Position numbers and translations under genes: made by a program. From NCBI GenBank assembly GCA_965649825.1, contig OZ287698.1, forward strand, positions 1,131,949 through 1,195,948: a stretch of 64,000 bases of DNA. The letters are read 5' to 3'. The notes beneath the pieces were generated by a model. That model was not told the DNA's origin. It did no database searches and was given only the letters and a program-made list of their open reading frames with translations. The stretch comes from Penicillus capitatus. Taxonomy: Eukaryota; Plantae; Chlorophyta. Of the stretch, positions 47,538 through 58,439 are shown one piece after another. Within the stretch, counting starts at the first letter, position 1; every line of letters begins with the position of its first letter.

Positions 47538-47970
47538 ATCGAGAAGAATCAATCTGATATCACAACGGATGCAGTGTAGATTCGCATCAGTCACCCATTC
47601 AGATGCCGATACACGCGGCTTCAATGGAAGACCTGTTGTTTTGCCAACCGTCGGTATTTTCTTTGGCTCCGCTGTCTAAAACAAGCGATGTTCATAAGAA
47701 AGGGTCGGCGGAGTTCTTCCTACAGCGCCATGTCGGTTAACGTTGCCTCATGAAGCGCCATGTGGCGTTTTAAGGCAAGATCCTACTTAGCACGATTATG
47801 GTGATTTAACGATTGGCGTCGGGCAAGCTCAGTCGAACATCAGTTCAAATATTTCACTTGAGAAGAACAAACGTTCAGCGACGTACGCGACGCTGACAGA
47901 TTATCTCCGTCTTAGTTTGTGACTTCTATATCCTTTGTTTGACGAGCAGTAACGCTCCGTCATTTTCTGC

Positions 47971-50688
47971 ATGTCGACTGCTATGTTAGCACAGCAGCCT
48001 ATGACCCGCCCCTTCCCCGTCAGCAACGGAGGCGCTCACGTACCAATGGAAATGAACGGCTTTACCGGATATCCCGCGGCAGAAGTCGCAACGCCAAGGA
48101 ACCTCGAAGATGGAGCGATGGTCGTGATGTACGCGGGCCCTGGCGAATTGATTATCGTGCGTCCGAACGGAAAGTACTGGGACCTAGAGGCAATTTCAAC
48201 AACCGAAGAACCTGAGGGTGAGTCCCATATGCGCTTAGAACTACATTGTCCTTGCCGCATCTCCAACCGCTGAGCGCGAGGTTTTACCATGGCCGTGGCT
48301 TTAGAGCTGACGTTACAGTTTTTCCCATCCGTCAGCATTTTCACTGTCGTTCGGAGAGGAAAGTACCTCGGATTCAAGTCGCTCGGGTGAGTCGAGTCTG
48401 ACGCGTACATGAACACGGGCGTTGACTGTCCTTTGTAGTGCGGAAGGGCGAACTCTCCAGGCGGTGGCGGCGGATGAAGGGGTCTCACATCGTGTCAACA
48501 ATTACAATTTCGGGCCCTGGGAAAGCTGGGAAGCTGCAGGGAATGGATTTATTAACAGGAAATGGCCTCAACGGGTAACTGATGGATAAACAGAAGCATA
48601 AATGCACACGTGTGTGTCATGCAGGCGTTAGGTTTGGAAGTCCGAGAAATCCAAGCCGTCGCTGTAGAAGATTTGAGGAGATTGGAAAGACACAATCTTA
48701 AAATGTCCAAAGACATGCAAAGACAAGTGCATTCCTACTGGATAGAATGGATTTCTAGGCTGAATTTCTCGTTTTAGGTGCGAACGCTAGAGTTGAAGCA
48801 TCAGGAAGTAAAAAGACAACTCCAAGAGCAGAGTAGAGCGCGCAAACGAATGACCATTCAACATCAACGGGAGGTCTGACCAATGACTACCATGTATGCA
48901 TGTGGGTTGAACTCAGCGTTGATATCGTAGTTGGAAGATTCGAGAACTCGAATGGAAGAGGCTCAGAGAGCAAAACAAAAGTTGGAAGTCGATGCTGTAC
49001 AAATGGGTGCTCGCCTTAAACAAAAGGAATTACAGTTCCAGCAATTGACTCTCCAACGCGATGTATGTGCCCAGTTCCATTCGTAGCACACATACATATG
49101 ATGGACGATCTTGTGTCTTCAGACGGCAGAAGCTGCCTTAGAGCAAAAAGAATCTAATCAACGCGCTCATGATCGGGAACTCGAGCTGTTAAAGGAGAAA
49201 CACAGGAACGAGATGGACGGCATGAAACGTTCTCATCGCAAGTACGTCTTATTCGCCATGCGAATGTTGATCATTGATTCCGGTCAATAGCGAGATCGAG
49301 GCGCTGAAGAGAGATAGAGAACACGAAAGGGGCCGATCGACACAACACGCCCACGGCGAAGTTGCCATTCTGCAGCAGAAGCTTGAACAGGCAGAGCAGG
49401 ATAAAGAAAGAGAGGTACATAGAATCATCGACAGCATTTTGGCTAACAGATGTGTTCACGGCAGCTTCGTCGCACATGCATGGAGTATCAACACAATATC
49501 CAGCAAAAGGTCCATGAGATCAACAACTTGCGAGACGAGAATAGGAAACTGACATCAGCACTGCACGTATCTTCATGCCTGGCTCTTTCCTTGTGCACAA
49601 ATCCTGTTGTTGTGCAGACCATCCGAGAGCAGCTCGCTCGTGGATTTTATGAAATCAACTCCAGTGAAGTAGCGCCATCTCGGTAAGCATTTGCTGCAGT
49701 GGATGTGGTGGTGGTTCGATCGAGAATGTGTGTGTACAGTGCCGGAACGGAGAGAAGTCTAGAGCTCCAGTCTCCCTCGTTCCATCGTTACTCTCCTGCA
49801 CCCTCTCGCGCATCGACGGGAAGACGTCCTGACGAAACAGGCGAAGGGCCTCAGTTCCAAGCATGCGCATCGTCTCCCTCTACTTGTACTCAGATTTCAT
49901 GTGTGGTGCATGCAGTATGACCGGGTTGGTCTGCCAGACAGCGCAATAACTCCTCGTCGTGGCTCTCTTCCTGTGGTACCCACGTCTCCATATGGACGAT
50001 TGAGCCCGACTCACAGTCCAGAACCGTTCGCCCTGCGGTCTTCTGGAGAGTTCAGACATCCGCGACGAGGAGACAGTCGTCTCAGTGACAATACAGGTTT
50101 AGGAAGTAGAGTTGCCGACGAAATGCCGCCACCCTTCAGACGACCAGGCAGTGGCTTTGCTCGAACACAGAGACATGTCGATGCATTCCATCCAAGACAC
50201 GTCAGCCAGCTCGATTCTGTTGAAGACAGCATCGCCAAAGACTGCAGCGAATACCAAGATGAGGATTCGGAACGCGAAGATGACAATGAGAAGAAAGAAA
50301 AAACCGTAGAAGTCGAGTCAATAGTCGATGCTGATGGCGATATGACGCCGAGAGAAATCGACGAGGAGAACAACAACGGCGACGATGATGATGATGACAC
50401 GCCTCCTCCTTACTCTACACAGGAGACCCCACGCGTATCGGATGGTAGTTCAGACCACACGGAAGAAGCCTTGGCAATGGAATCTGCGATACCTGAGTCA
50501 GCTGACAAACTGTGTCATTCGGATGACAGCGAGGTCTCACCCACGCACGCTTGACGTCGTGTGATGATCATTTATGTTGACTGCTGCAGGAATCCGAGTC
50601 ATGGATGAGAGAAGTCATCGCTCCGAACAGCCAAGTGCTTTCAAGTGATTCCGAGTCCGACAAGGACAGCAAACTCGTTGAAGAATGA
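47971..50688 (+). CDS. Large coiled-coil protein with small N-terminal beta domain and acidic tail (about 12 exons)
   Basis: Successive in-frame coiled-coil exons at 48630-49680, a Ser/Pro region and an acidic stretch; terminal exon ends at TGA 50686-50688. Confidence 0.65.
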
Positions 50689-51194
50689 ACGATGTTAGAG
50701 AGCGTTTGTGCAGTTGACACAACGCAGCCAATAAACTCACTTTGTGTGGGGTATACTTCATTTCTGCGGTTTAACTTATTAGACATTGCTTTCTTCTCTT
50801 TTGTACGCGTGCGTGTGTTGTTTGTGAGTGATCGATCGTTCGGTTATTGTTTGGTCAAATCGTCAAACTGTACGTTCATTTCTGGCTAGTCGCATGGCAT
50901 CTTGTTTTCAGCTTTTGCCACGTGAACCCGTTGATCTTCCTTGCTCCACTCGATCGCTATGTAGCTTACCAACGAGATCTGTACTGGACAGTCTCTTCGA
51001 CGTTTGTTGAGGGCAACGAAAGGGCGGGCCTAGCGCGTTGCACAGTTGACTGGTCTCCTCGTATGTTTGTCTCTCATAAATTATGTTGTTATCTCAAGCG
51101 TATGTGTTATTGGGTGAGCGATCAAGAGCCGACTCGTAGATTTTTCGTCAGCATCAGCAGCAGTGGTAAAATTCCATGTAGTCTAGTTTCTGTC

Positions 51195-51272
51195 TGGATA
51201 GCACCCAATGAAGATTATTAATAGCACCGTGTGCAAGGCTCCAATGATGAGTTTTGCATTGGGTGCTGTTCA
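51195..51272 (+). ncRNA. Candidate pre-miRNA-like hairpin in a gene-free region
   Basis: 16 contiguous pairs (2 GU) between 51195-51210 and 51257-51272, extended by about 9 more pairs inward. Confidence 0.25.
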
Positions 51273-53450
51273 ATCTATATAAGCACGGTTAGACTGAGTC
51301 GTTTCGATTTCGTGTTGATCGGGGTGGGCGTTCGACTGCCTTGCGATGTGTTTGTTTCTCTCGAAGTCGGTGAATTTGCCATGCGTCTGTTCGACCGTAC
51401 TGTGAATGGAGGCAGCACGGAAGGCAGACATGTGTCAGATGTGCCCGCGAAAGTGAAGAAAACCTGCAAATGAGAAATGCACGTGCTGGCCACATCTGCC
51501 CTTCTATCCTTTACGTATTTTTTCAGCTCTCAAAGTCGACCTTGCTTGCTTGCATAAACGAGGGGAACTCCCAAACACAGGATCGACTGACTGGTTCTGA
51601 ACGTCGATTCAACTGGAGATAGCCTATGCTACTATTTCATCAACCCGCCCGTTGATGGAGTTGGGCTGGCTGCCCTGCAGCGATTTCATTGGTTTGGCTG
51701 ATGGCAGAATACTGCGAATCGGTTTTTGTGTCCAAAGCGTCTCTGTGTGTAGAAGTGATATTAGTATTTGTTACGAGGAAAAAAGTCTTACACCTGTCTA
51801 ACATACCTTGCTGAAGACCTTCCTCTCGTTACAAATCCGTTGTCAACAACAAACCTAATTCAGTCCAATGGAAACATGGATTTCTTGGAAGATAGAGTTG
51901 TTGAGGCCGCCGATCTCTTTCAAATAGAGGCCGCCGCCAATTAAGAGCATCCACCCAACCTGATGTCAGCAATAAATACGCAATTGCGATTTTGGCTGGG
52001 TGAAGAGGGATGCATTTGTTATAGAACGATGAACGATGGGGCTGTATCATTTCAAAGGACGGAGAAGACAAAAATATATCGAACAAGGACTGTTTGCTGT
52101 CTTGTATGATGATGCGAATTCGCCCATGAACAAGTTGGACTTCGCTTTGTTGGTCTGTCTGTTTGTTGCCGTTGTTGCTATTGTTGATGTCGTTGTTCGT
52201 TTGTCATTTATGCAGAGAAGAATCAAAGCTACAGCATTTTCTAACCGTCTTCAAAGATCAACTCGTCCAAGACATTTATGAATAAAAAAGAGTCCAGCGA
52301 TGACTCCGTGCTTTCTTGCTTGTTTGTTGGCGCCTCCAGCGTGCTGCTGTCTAGCTTCTTGAATGAATTATCGTATCATATACTTCTAAGTTACTGAAAT
52401 GGAATCCCCTTCCTTACCGAACAGATTTCCATAACCGATCATCCCCTTCCCCTGTTCGCGAGGACGGCTGGCAACGATCTAAAGAGAAACCACCGATAGC
52501 ATCCGATACCCCATCAGCACAGAATGAATAGACGCTCTCGTTTGTGAACCAGCTTTCACATGTGCATCACATCGATCTGTTGATGGTGATGACCGACGAC
52601 GTACAAGTCATAGATCAAAGGGTCTAGCAACGAGGATGAGAAATCGAATCGACCTTATCATCATCCCAATTATATGACGAACAGTTTCCTATTACCTACC
52701 AAGTGGTTTTGATCAAACTTCTCCCATTGATCAAGCAGACATCGGAAACTGTTCTGAATGCTTGTTTTGATATTCAACTGCCAATAAAAAAGGACTTACT
52801 TGTTACTTGCCACTAGATGATCGCCTCCCTCCCCTCCGATCTCCGTTTCCCACATGTGGGCGTGCATTCTTAGAATTCTAGTGCATTTTGTCGGAACCCT
52901 ATTTGATTGTTATCCATTCTCGCCATCCCTCTGGCAAACCTCTTCCCCGATGCTTCGATCCATTCGCGCCGCCAGAGGAGAATTTATTTCTGAAGGGAGG
53001 GCAAACATCCAGCGTCGTTGTCGATAACGATGTCAACGATGATGACGTGTCTGTCTGTCTGTCTATCTGAAAAGTGTTGCTTTTGTTCCTGTCGCTGAAC
53101 AAGCCACACATCGAAGGAATGGGGAGATGTTGGGCCGAATTGTCCAAAAGAATCTTGCAAACAATAAAATGGGAGAACATGATTTGGTAGTCTTGTAAAC
53201 CCCCAGGGCGCTTAACATTTGTCCCTGTCACACGCACGTTCCCTCCACCCATTCGCGTTTGCTCGTTCTTCGATTGTTCTGTCAGAACATGAGGTCTGTT
53301 TCTATTACAGAAGAACTGCCAGTGACTACAAAGACACGATGTACAACCTAGACACATCTATCCGTTGGGATGTCGTAGAACCTCGAAAGAACAGACAGAT
53401 AAAACACCTAGTAAGACGTACTAGTAGTACAGTGCAGTGCTTCACTGTTT

Positions 53451-53452
<2 letters not shown>

Positions 53453-53480
<28 letters not shown>
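53453..53480. repeat. (CAGG)7 microsatellite
   Basis: Direct reading. Confidence 0.95.
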
Positions 53481-53481
<1 letters not shown>

Positions 53482-53494
53482 GAGCCAACAAAAA

Positions 53495-55213
53495 TCAACG
53501 ATCTGCATTCATCATCACTTTGACATGGGGTAGCCTGCGCATCAAGCCGTGGACACCCGTTTCGGTAATGCCCGTGTCGTAGGCAGAAAGACAAGCCAGA
53601 TGCGACAATTTGACAAAATCTTTGAGAACACTGTTTGTCATCGAAGTGGCCGAAATGTTGAGACTCGTCAGAGATACGATTCGGCCAAGATAGAAACCTG
53701 CCGAGTCATTGATTTTCGGATTCTGGGCGAGATTGAGATAGGTTAGATTGGACATCCCTGAGAGAATTCGACAGGCATGTGATGTCAACAGACCTCCACA
53801 AGACTCCAGCGACTGAAGAGAGACGCATGGAAGAAGGTACTGCAAGGCAGCGTCTTTAATGCGTGCTGCGAACAGATCAATCTTCTTCAGGGCTGTCAGC
53901 GGCGAGAGATGCTTCATTGCGTTGTCTGTCAAGATCCGAGAATCCAAGTTCAGATCTGTCAACTGTACCAGCTTCGAGATCTTTACCAGCTCATCGTCAT
54001 GAATCTCGACGTATGCCAGATTGAGCTTCTGTAACGTCGTCAGCTTCGACAGAATTTCAGTCGAGGAATCTCCAATGAGTGTGTCGGCTAGGTTCAGTGT
54101 CCTAAGCTGTGTCAGCGTCTGCAGGGACTGCATTCCTCGATCGGTTACTCTACAGGAATCCAGATCCAACAATGTCAGAGAATGGATGTTTCCCAGGATC
54201 TGCAACGTCCGATTGCGAACGCTTGTAAATCCCACTCGCAAAACTCTGAGGTGCTGCAGACGGAGCAAAACTTCAAGAGAGGATGGATCGAATGTTGATC
54301 GTTCAAGATCCAGGTCTTCCAATTTTTTGAAGTACTGTAGGATCTCCAGCTCTTCCTGTTGCAACTGACAGACCGACAGGCCGAGCCGTCGAAGAGCTAC
54401 GAGGTTCGTGAGCTTTGACAGTCCTCTGATACCACCTTTGATAGCATTCAGTTCCAACTGAGTCAGTCCACTCAACGTGCTAAGCTCTGTCACTTCATGG
54501 TAGTCCAGCTTCGAACACCACCCAAGATCCAGCGCCCTCAGGCAGTCAAGCCTGCCGACAAACTTCAGACCCGTCTTGATCGATGTACACATTTCAAAAT
54601 TCAATGAAGTGAGTTGCCGGAGTGAGAGCAAGTGCACAAATCCGCTGCCACTGATCTCGCCACATCCTCTGAAACTGAGAGCCTTCAGGTGTACCAAAGA
54701 AGCCAGACCTGTCAATCCTTCATCTGTCAGTTGAGAGCAGAAATCCAGGTTCAGTGACTGAAGCTTCGCAAAGCATTGGATATACTGTAGGACATCATTG
54801 CTCAGTCGGTGGCAGTAGGAAACGTCCAATTGCAGCACCGGCGAGGCACTGAAAATTGTCAACCAGATGTCCTCCACATCGACAGCACCCTTGAGCGAGA
54901 CGTGATCCAAAAACTGATGCCGAAATTTCGAGGCGGCTTCGTATGTTAGAAGCCTTCGCTTTGAGAGATGGTCAAAAAGACGCTGTGCTAGGTCAACAGG
55001 GAGTTTGTCGACGGCGTCTTGACTGAGATGATAGATGTTTTCACTGAGGGCCGTGAGACAGGCCTCTTGGAGGTCGAAGAGATGTTGGCCCTCCTCAAGG
55101 TGGTTGCTCGGAAAGGGTGCCGCCCGTGGACGCAGTGCTCTTTTATTCTTCTTGCGACGAAAACAGGTGCAGAGTCTCACTGTTTTGGAGAGAAGTTTGC
55201 AGAGATTGTCCAT
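53495..55213 (-). CDS. Intronless RNI-like/AMN1 leucine-rich-repeat protein
   Basis: About 16 LRRs (LQSLNLDFCSQLTDEGL, LTLLDLDSCRVTDRGM, LRTLNLADTLIGD); open frame 53495-55285, probable ATG at 55213. Confidence 0.9.
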   Translation of the reverse strand: MDNLCKLLSKTVRLCTCFRRKKNKRALRPRAAPFPSNHLEEGQHLFDLQEACLTALSENIYHLSQDAVDKLPVDLAQRLFDHLSKRRLLTYEAASKFRHQFLDHVSLKGAVDVEDIWLTIFSASPVLQLDVSYCHRLSNDVLQYIQCFAKLQSLNLDFCSQLTDEGLTGLASLVHLKALSFRGCGEISGSGFVHLLSLRQLTSLNFEMCTSIKTGLKFVGRLDCLRALDLGWCSKLDYHEVTELSTLSGLTQLELNAIKGGIRGLSKLTNLVALRRLGLSVCQLQQEELEILQYFKKLEDLDLERSTFDPSSLEVLLRLQHLRVLRVGFTSVRNRTLQILGNIHSLTLLDLDSCRVTDRGMQSLQTLTQLRTLNLADTLIGDSSTEILSKLTTLQKLNLAYVEIHDDELVKISKLVQLTDLNLDSRILTDNAMKHLSPLTALKKIDLFAARIKDAALQYLLPCVSLQSLESCGGLLTSHACRILSGMSNLTYLNLAQNPKINDSAGFYLGRIVSLTSLNISATSMTNSVLKDFVKLSHLACLSAYDTGITETGVHGLMRRLPHVKVMMNADR

Positions 55214-55384
55214 GGAGCCGATGCGAAAAAACACCAAGGACGCAACCGCACCGCGCAAGACGCTTCGCGCATTTAGCCAGGACATGCAGCGATCCGCTGT
55301 CGCTCTTGATAGTCAACGTCAAAGGTCGTTCCGTGCCGGTGGCAATCGCGACGGTTCGTTTATCAGGATGACGTGTATCTTGGC

Positions 55385-56833
55385 TCAGATATCATCTGCA
55401 TCTGCCGTCTTCAACAGAAGAGCTGCTTGAATTCGGCATTGCAGGGCTGTCTGCTCGATCGCCGCCTCCGTCTGCGCCAACTGCTGACGCTGTTCTGCCG
55501 TCAGGAATGTCCAGTACTGAAAAAAGGCAGCAGCATCGATGTACGGTTTGAGATTGGCTGGATGGTGCCAGGAGACAACATGCTGTTCGCCAGAAGGGAG
55601 AACAACATCGCAGAGTTGACCTGTGGCATCGAGCTTGAGAAGTGTGCGATCAGTGAACTGCACCCGCACGCGTCCGTCTTTGTAAGCAGTAAAGCGTCCT
55701 TCAGATGCCGTGAGTGTTTCGTGGATGTCATTCGAGACCCGCCATCCGCAACGTCTGAAGTTTGGCAGCGTCGTCTCACTCCCCGTGCGATACCCGCGAC
55801 TCCTGGCAACACCATTCGACGCGATATGAGCGCGCCAAAACAACGGTTACCTCATCTTTATGGCGTGATCGGCGATGGCGGCGAGCGCGTAGAGGACATT
55901 GCCGTTCTCGTCCAGGACCGACGACGGGACGGTCGAGGCCGTGTAAATGCGCTCACGAAAAGGCGACCGACGACGGTGCTTGAAGAAACCTCCATCGTGC
56001 GTCGTCTCGAGAAGACTTCCGTCCCGTGCAATCCAGACAGAGACCTCGCGATCCGAAGGGCGAAAGAAGTAGACAGCATCCGGTCGCCAATCCATGACGA
56101 TCACGGCGTCGTCTGGCAGCACCGTCGTGTGACGAAGCCACCACGTATCGTTTCCGAATTCCGAGATCTCGCTTTCAGCCGGCATATGTGTTTCACGCCA
56201 CCTATCGTCGTCGATTGCGCTCGCAATCTCTTGAGCGGTTTCGACCCGGAAGTGTGAGACGTCGGCAAAAAGAGTGAGCGCTTCTGTCGTTAACTGCAGA
56301 AGATGGCGCCATTCGGCAGGTGCGTCGCGCAAGGGAAAGATTTTATCTTCTGCGATCACGTGAGAATGGCGACCGTCTGACGACGCCCTGCGCATTGGCA
56401 TCCGACCCATGACTCTCTTTCCAACTGGATCCAAAACGCATCGAAATCTCTCGTCTTTGGCGTTCAAATGAATGGTGTGCTCTTTGACGAAGACGAGCTT
56501 TCGGTCTCGCGCTTCATCCAGACTTGACGGCCAACTCAATCGATTTGCATCTGCGTTTGGCAATTTTCTTTCCACCAGTGCCTCGTTCATGACCCATGGC
56601 TCGTAAAAGGAATCGCGAAAATATCGGTTTCGAAAGGAGAGAACGTGCTGGAGATATCGACGCTGTCGATGCAGTGCGTACTGAGTGAAATGTCGAGACG
56701 CAGAGCCATCCGCATCGACGTGAATGTAGAAACGTGCCTGTGACGAGAGCAGCAACAGCGTCCCGTCGTTAAACTGCGCTTTGATGCGTCGATGCCTGTC
56801 GACAAGAATTCGCTCCACCCCTAAACGTTTCAT
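55385..56833 (-). CDS. C5orf34-like (DUF4524/DUF4520) protein (1 intron near 55800-55850)
   Basis: IKAQFNDGTLLLLS...RHFTQYAL...VLSFRNRY and GRFTAYKDGRVRVQFTDRTLLKL...PYIDAAAFFQYW. Confidence 0.65.
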
Positions 56834-57109
56834 GAAGATTCGACCGTCAACGGGTTAAACTACTGCATCCAACACATCCCGATGTTCGACAACGGTGAAC
56901 GGGACAGGTCGGTTTCTTGGAGCGACCGAACGAAAAGAGTCGCGTGGATGCACAGATGTGAAGCAAAGCGTCGCATTCTTGTCTTTCTTCCTCTCAGTCT
57001 CGACGGCCATTGATTGGATCACCTGCTCCGTGGCTCTTTCTATTGACCGATCTCTACTGCAAAGCATCTATCGATCACTCTTCGTTGGTTTCTCTTCTTT
57101 GAAGGCACG

Positions 57110-58387
57110 ATGCAACGCGATGCGTCTCGGAAACGCCTAGTCCGGAAAGATAGAGAACTGTTCAAAAAGTTCCAGGCACATGACTCGTTCCATCGGTCTG
57201 TGAAGTGACGAATGTCGTCCTTCAGATGAAGAAGTTCTTGGGGAAAGGCAGTTATGGCTCTGTCTACAAAGTGAAACGCGTTTCCGATGGACTCGTGTAC
57301 GCTGTCAAAGAAGCAGATGTCGGCAAGATGACGCAGCTCGAGCGGATCGACGCTGTTAACGAAATCCGCTTGCTCGCATCGATCCAGCATCCCAATATCG
57401 TACGCCATCCATTTCCCTGACTCTCTACCCAACCGCAGGCCATGCGACAGATCTGTTACAACGAGGCTTTTGTCGATGGCAATTTTCTTTGCATCGTCAT
57501 GGAATACGCCACACGAGGAGACATCAGTGGATACATCAAGAAAGGCAAGGAATTGAAGAAGGCCTTTCCGGAAGACATCGTGTGGAAGTTCTTCATACAG
57601 ATGTGTCTTGGACTCCAGGTTGGCCGTTCTTCGTGCGCATGATTCTCGCATACGTTACAGGTCTTGCACGAGAACCGCGTCATTCATCGAGATCTGAAGC
57701 CGATGAATGTCTTCGTGAGCGATGATGAAGTTATCAAACTCGGAGATCTGGGCATCGCCAAGCAGCTCAAAACCGATCTGGCGCATACACAGATTGGCAC
57801 ACCGCATTACATGCCGCCCGAAATCTGGAAGAATCGTCCCTACTCCTACGCATGCGATCTCTATTCCCTTGGCTGCGTCCTCTACGAAATGCTCACCTAC
57901 AGGTGCCTGCATCGCAAGCAATGATGCCGCTAACAATCGACACGTTTTAGGGTCCCGTATGAAGCGCGATCGATTCGTGAGCTCAGATCCAAGGTGACGA
58001 TCGGGCGATACATGCCGCTCCCCAAGGATAAGTATAGCTCAGAGTTGACGTCTCTGTGCGAAGCGCTGCTGCAGACGAGTCCGTCGAAGAGGTGCACCGT
58101 GGTCTCGATCACATCGACGACAGATTTCTGCGTTGCCTAGGCCATCTCTCAATTCGATTCTGACATCGCCTGGCGTTTTGAAGAAGCTGCATCTTTTGCC
58201 GCGTCAGCTTCGAACTTCCACACGGCGTAATTCGGAGTGCGGCAACGAGATCTACACCACTATCAAAGTCCCGCGCAATCTCGAACTCCTCAATCAACGT
58301 CTGCCTCCTGCACACTACGAATCCGATCACGCCAAGAGTCGAGAGCTCTGCCGACTGCCAAGTGAACGACGCTCCAGTATTGGATGA
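57110..58387 (+). CDS. NIMA-related kinase (NEK, Fa2/CNK-like); first intron GC-AG at 57176-57225
   Basis: LGKGSYGSVYKV, AVNEIRLLASI, IHRDLKPMN, KLGDLGIAK, TQIGTPHYMPPEIWKNRPY and TIKVPRNL. Confidence 0.93.
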
Positions 58388-58401
58388 CATTTTGTGTACG
58401 A

Positions 58402-58406
58402 TGTAA
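58402..58406 (+). promoter_or_regulatory. TGTAA putative poly(A) signal in the 52-bp NEK-THUMP spacer
   Basis: TGTAA 14 nt after the NEK stop. Confidence 0.4.
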
Positions 58407-58439
58407 CCAATTGTCACGACATGCATCTCGACATCCGTC

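Noticed and set aside
48036-48488. 150-aa minus-strand Pro-rich ORF
   Set aside because: It overlaps the first exons of the plus-strand coiled-coil gene, which has consistent splice sites, so it is most likely a shadow.
52394-52569. Minus-strand TGA-TGC-ACA-TGT (possible selenocysteine UxxC) followed by about 50 open codons
   Set aside because: There is no upstream frame or start, no selenoprotein homology and no evident SECIS, so chance is likely.
52849-52860. 12-bp perfect palindrome cccacatgtggg
   Set aside because: It is short and isolated, and expected occasionally by chance.
55373-56257. 294-aa plus-strand ORF
   Set aside because: It is the antisense shadow of the C5orf34-like gene and has no recognisable motifs.
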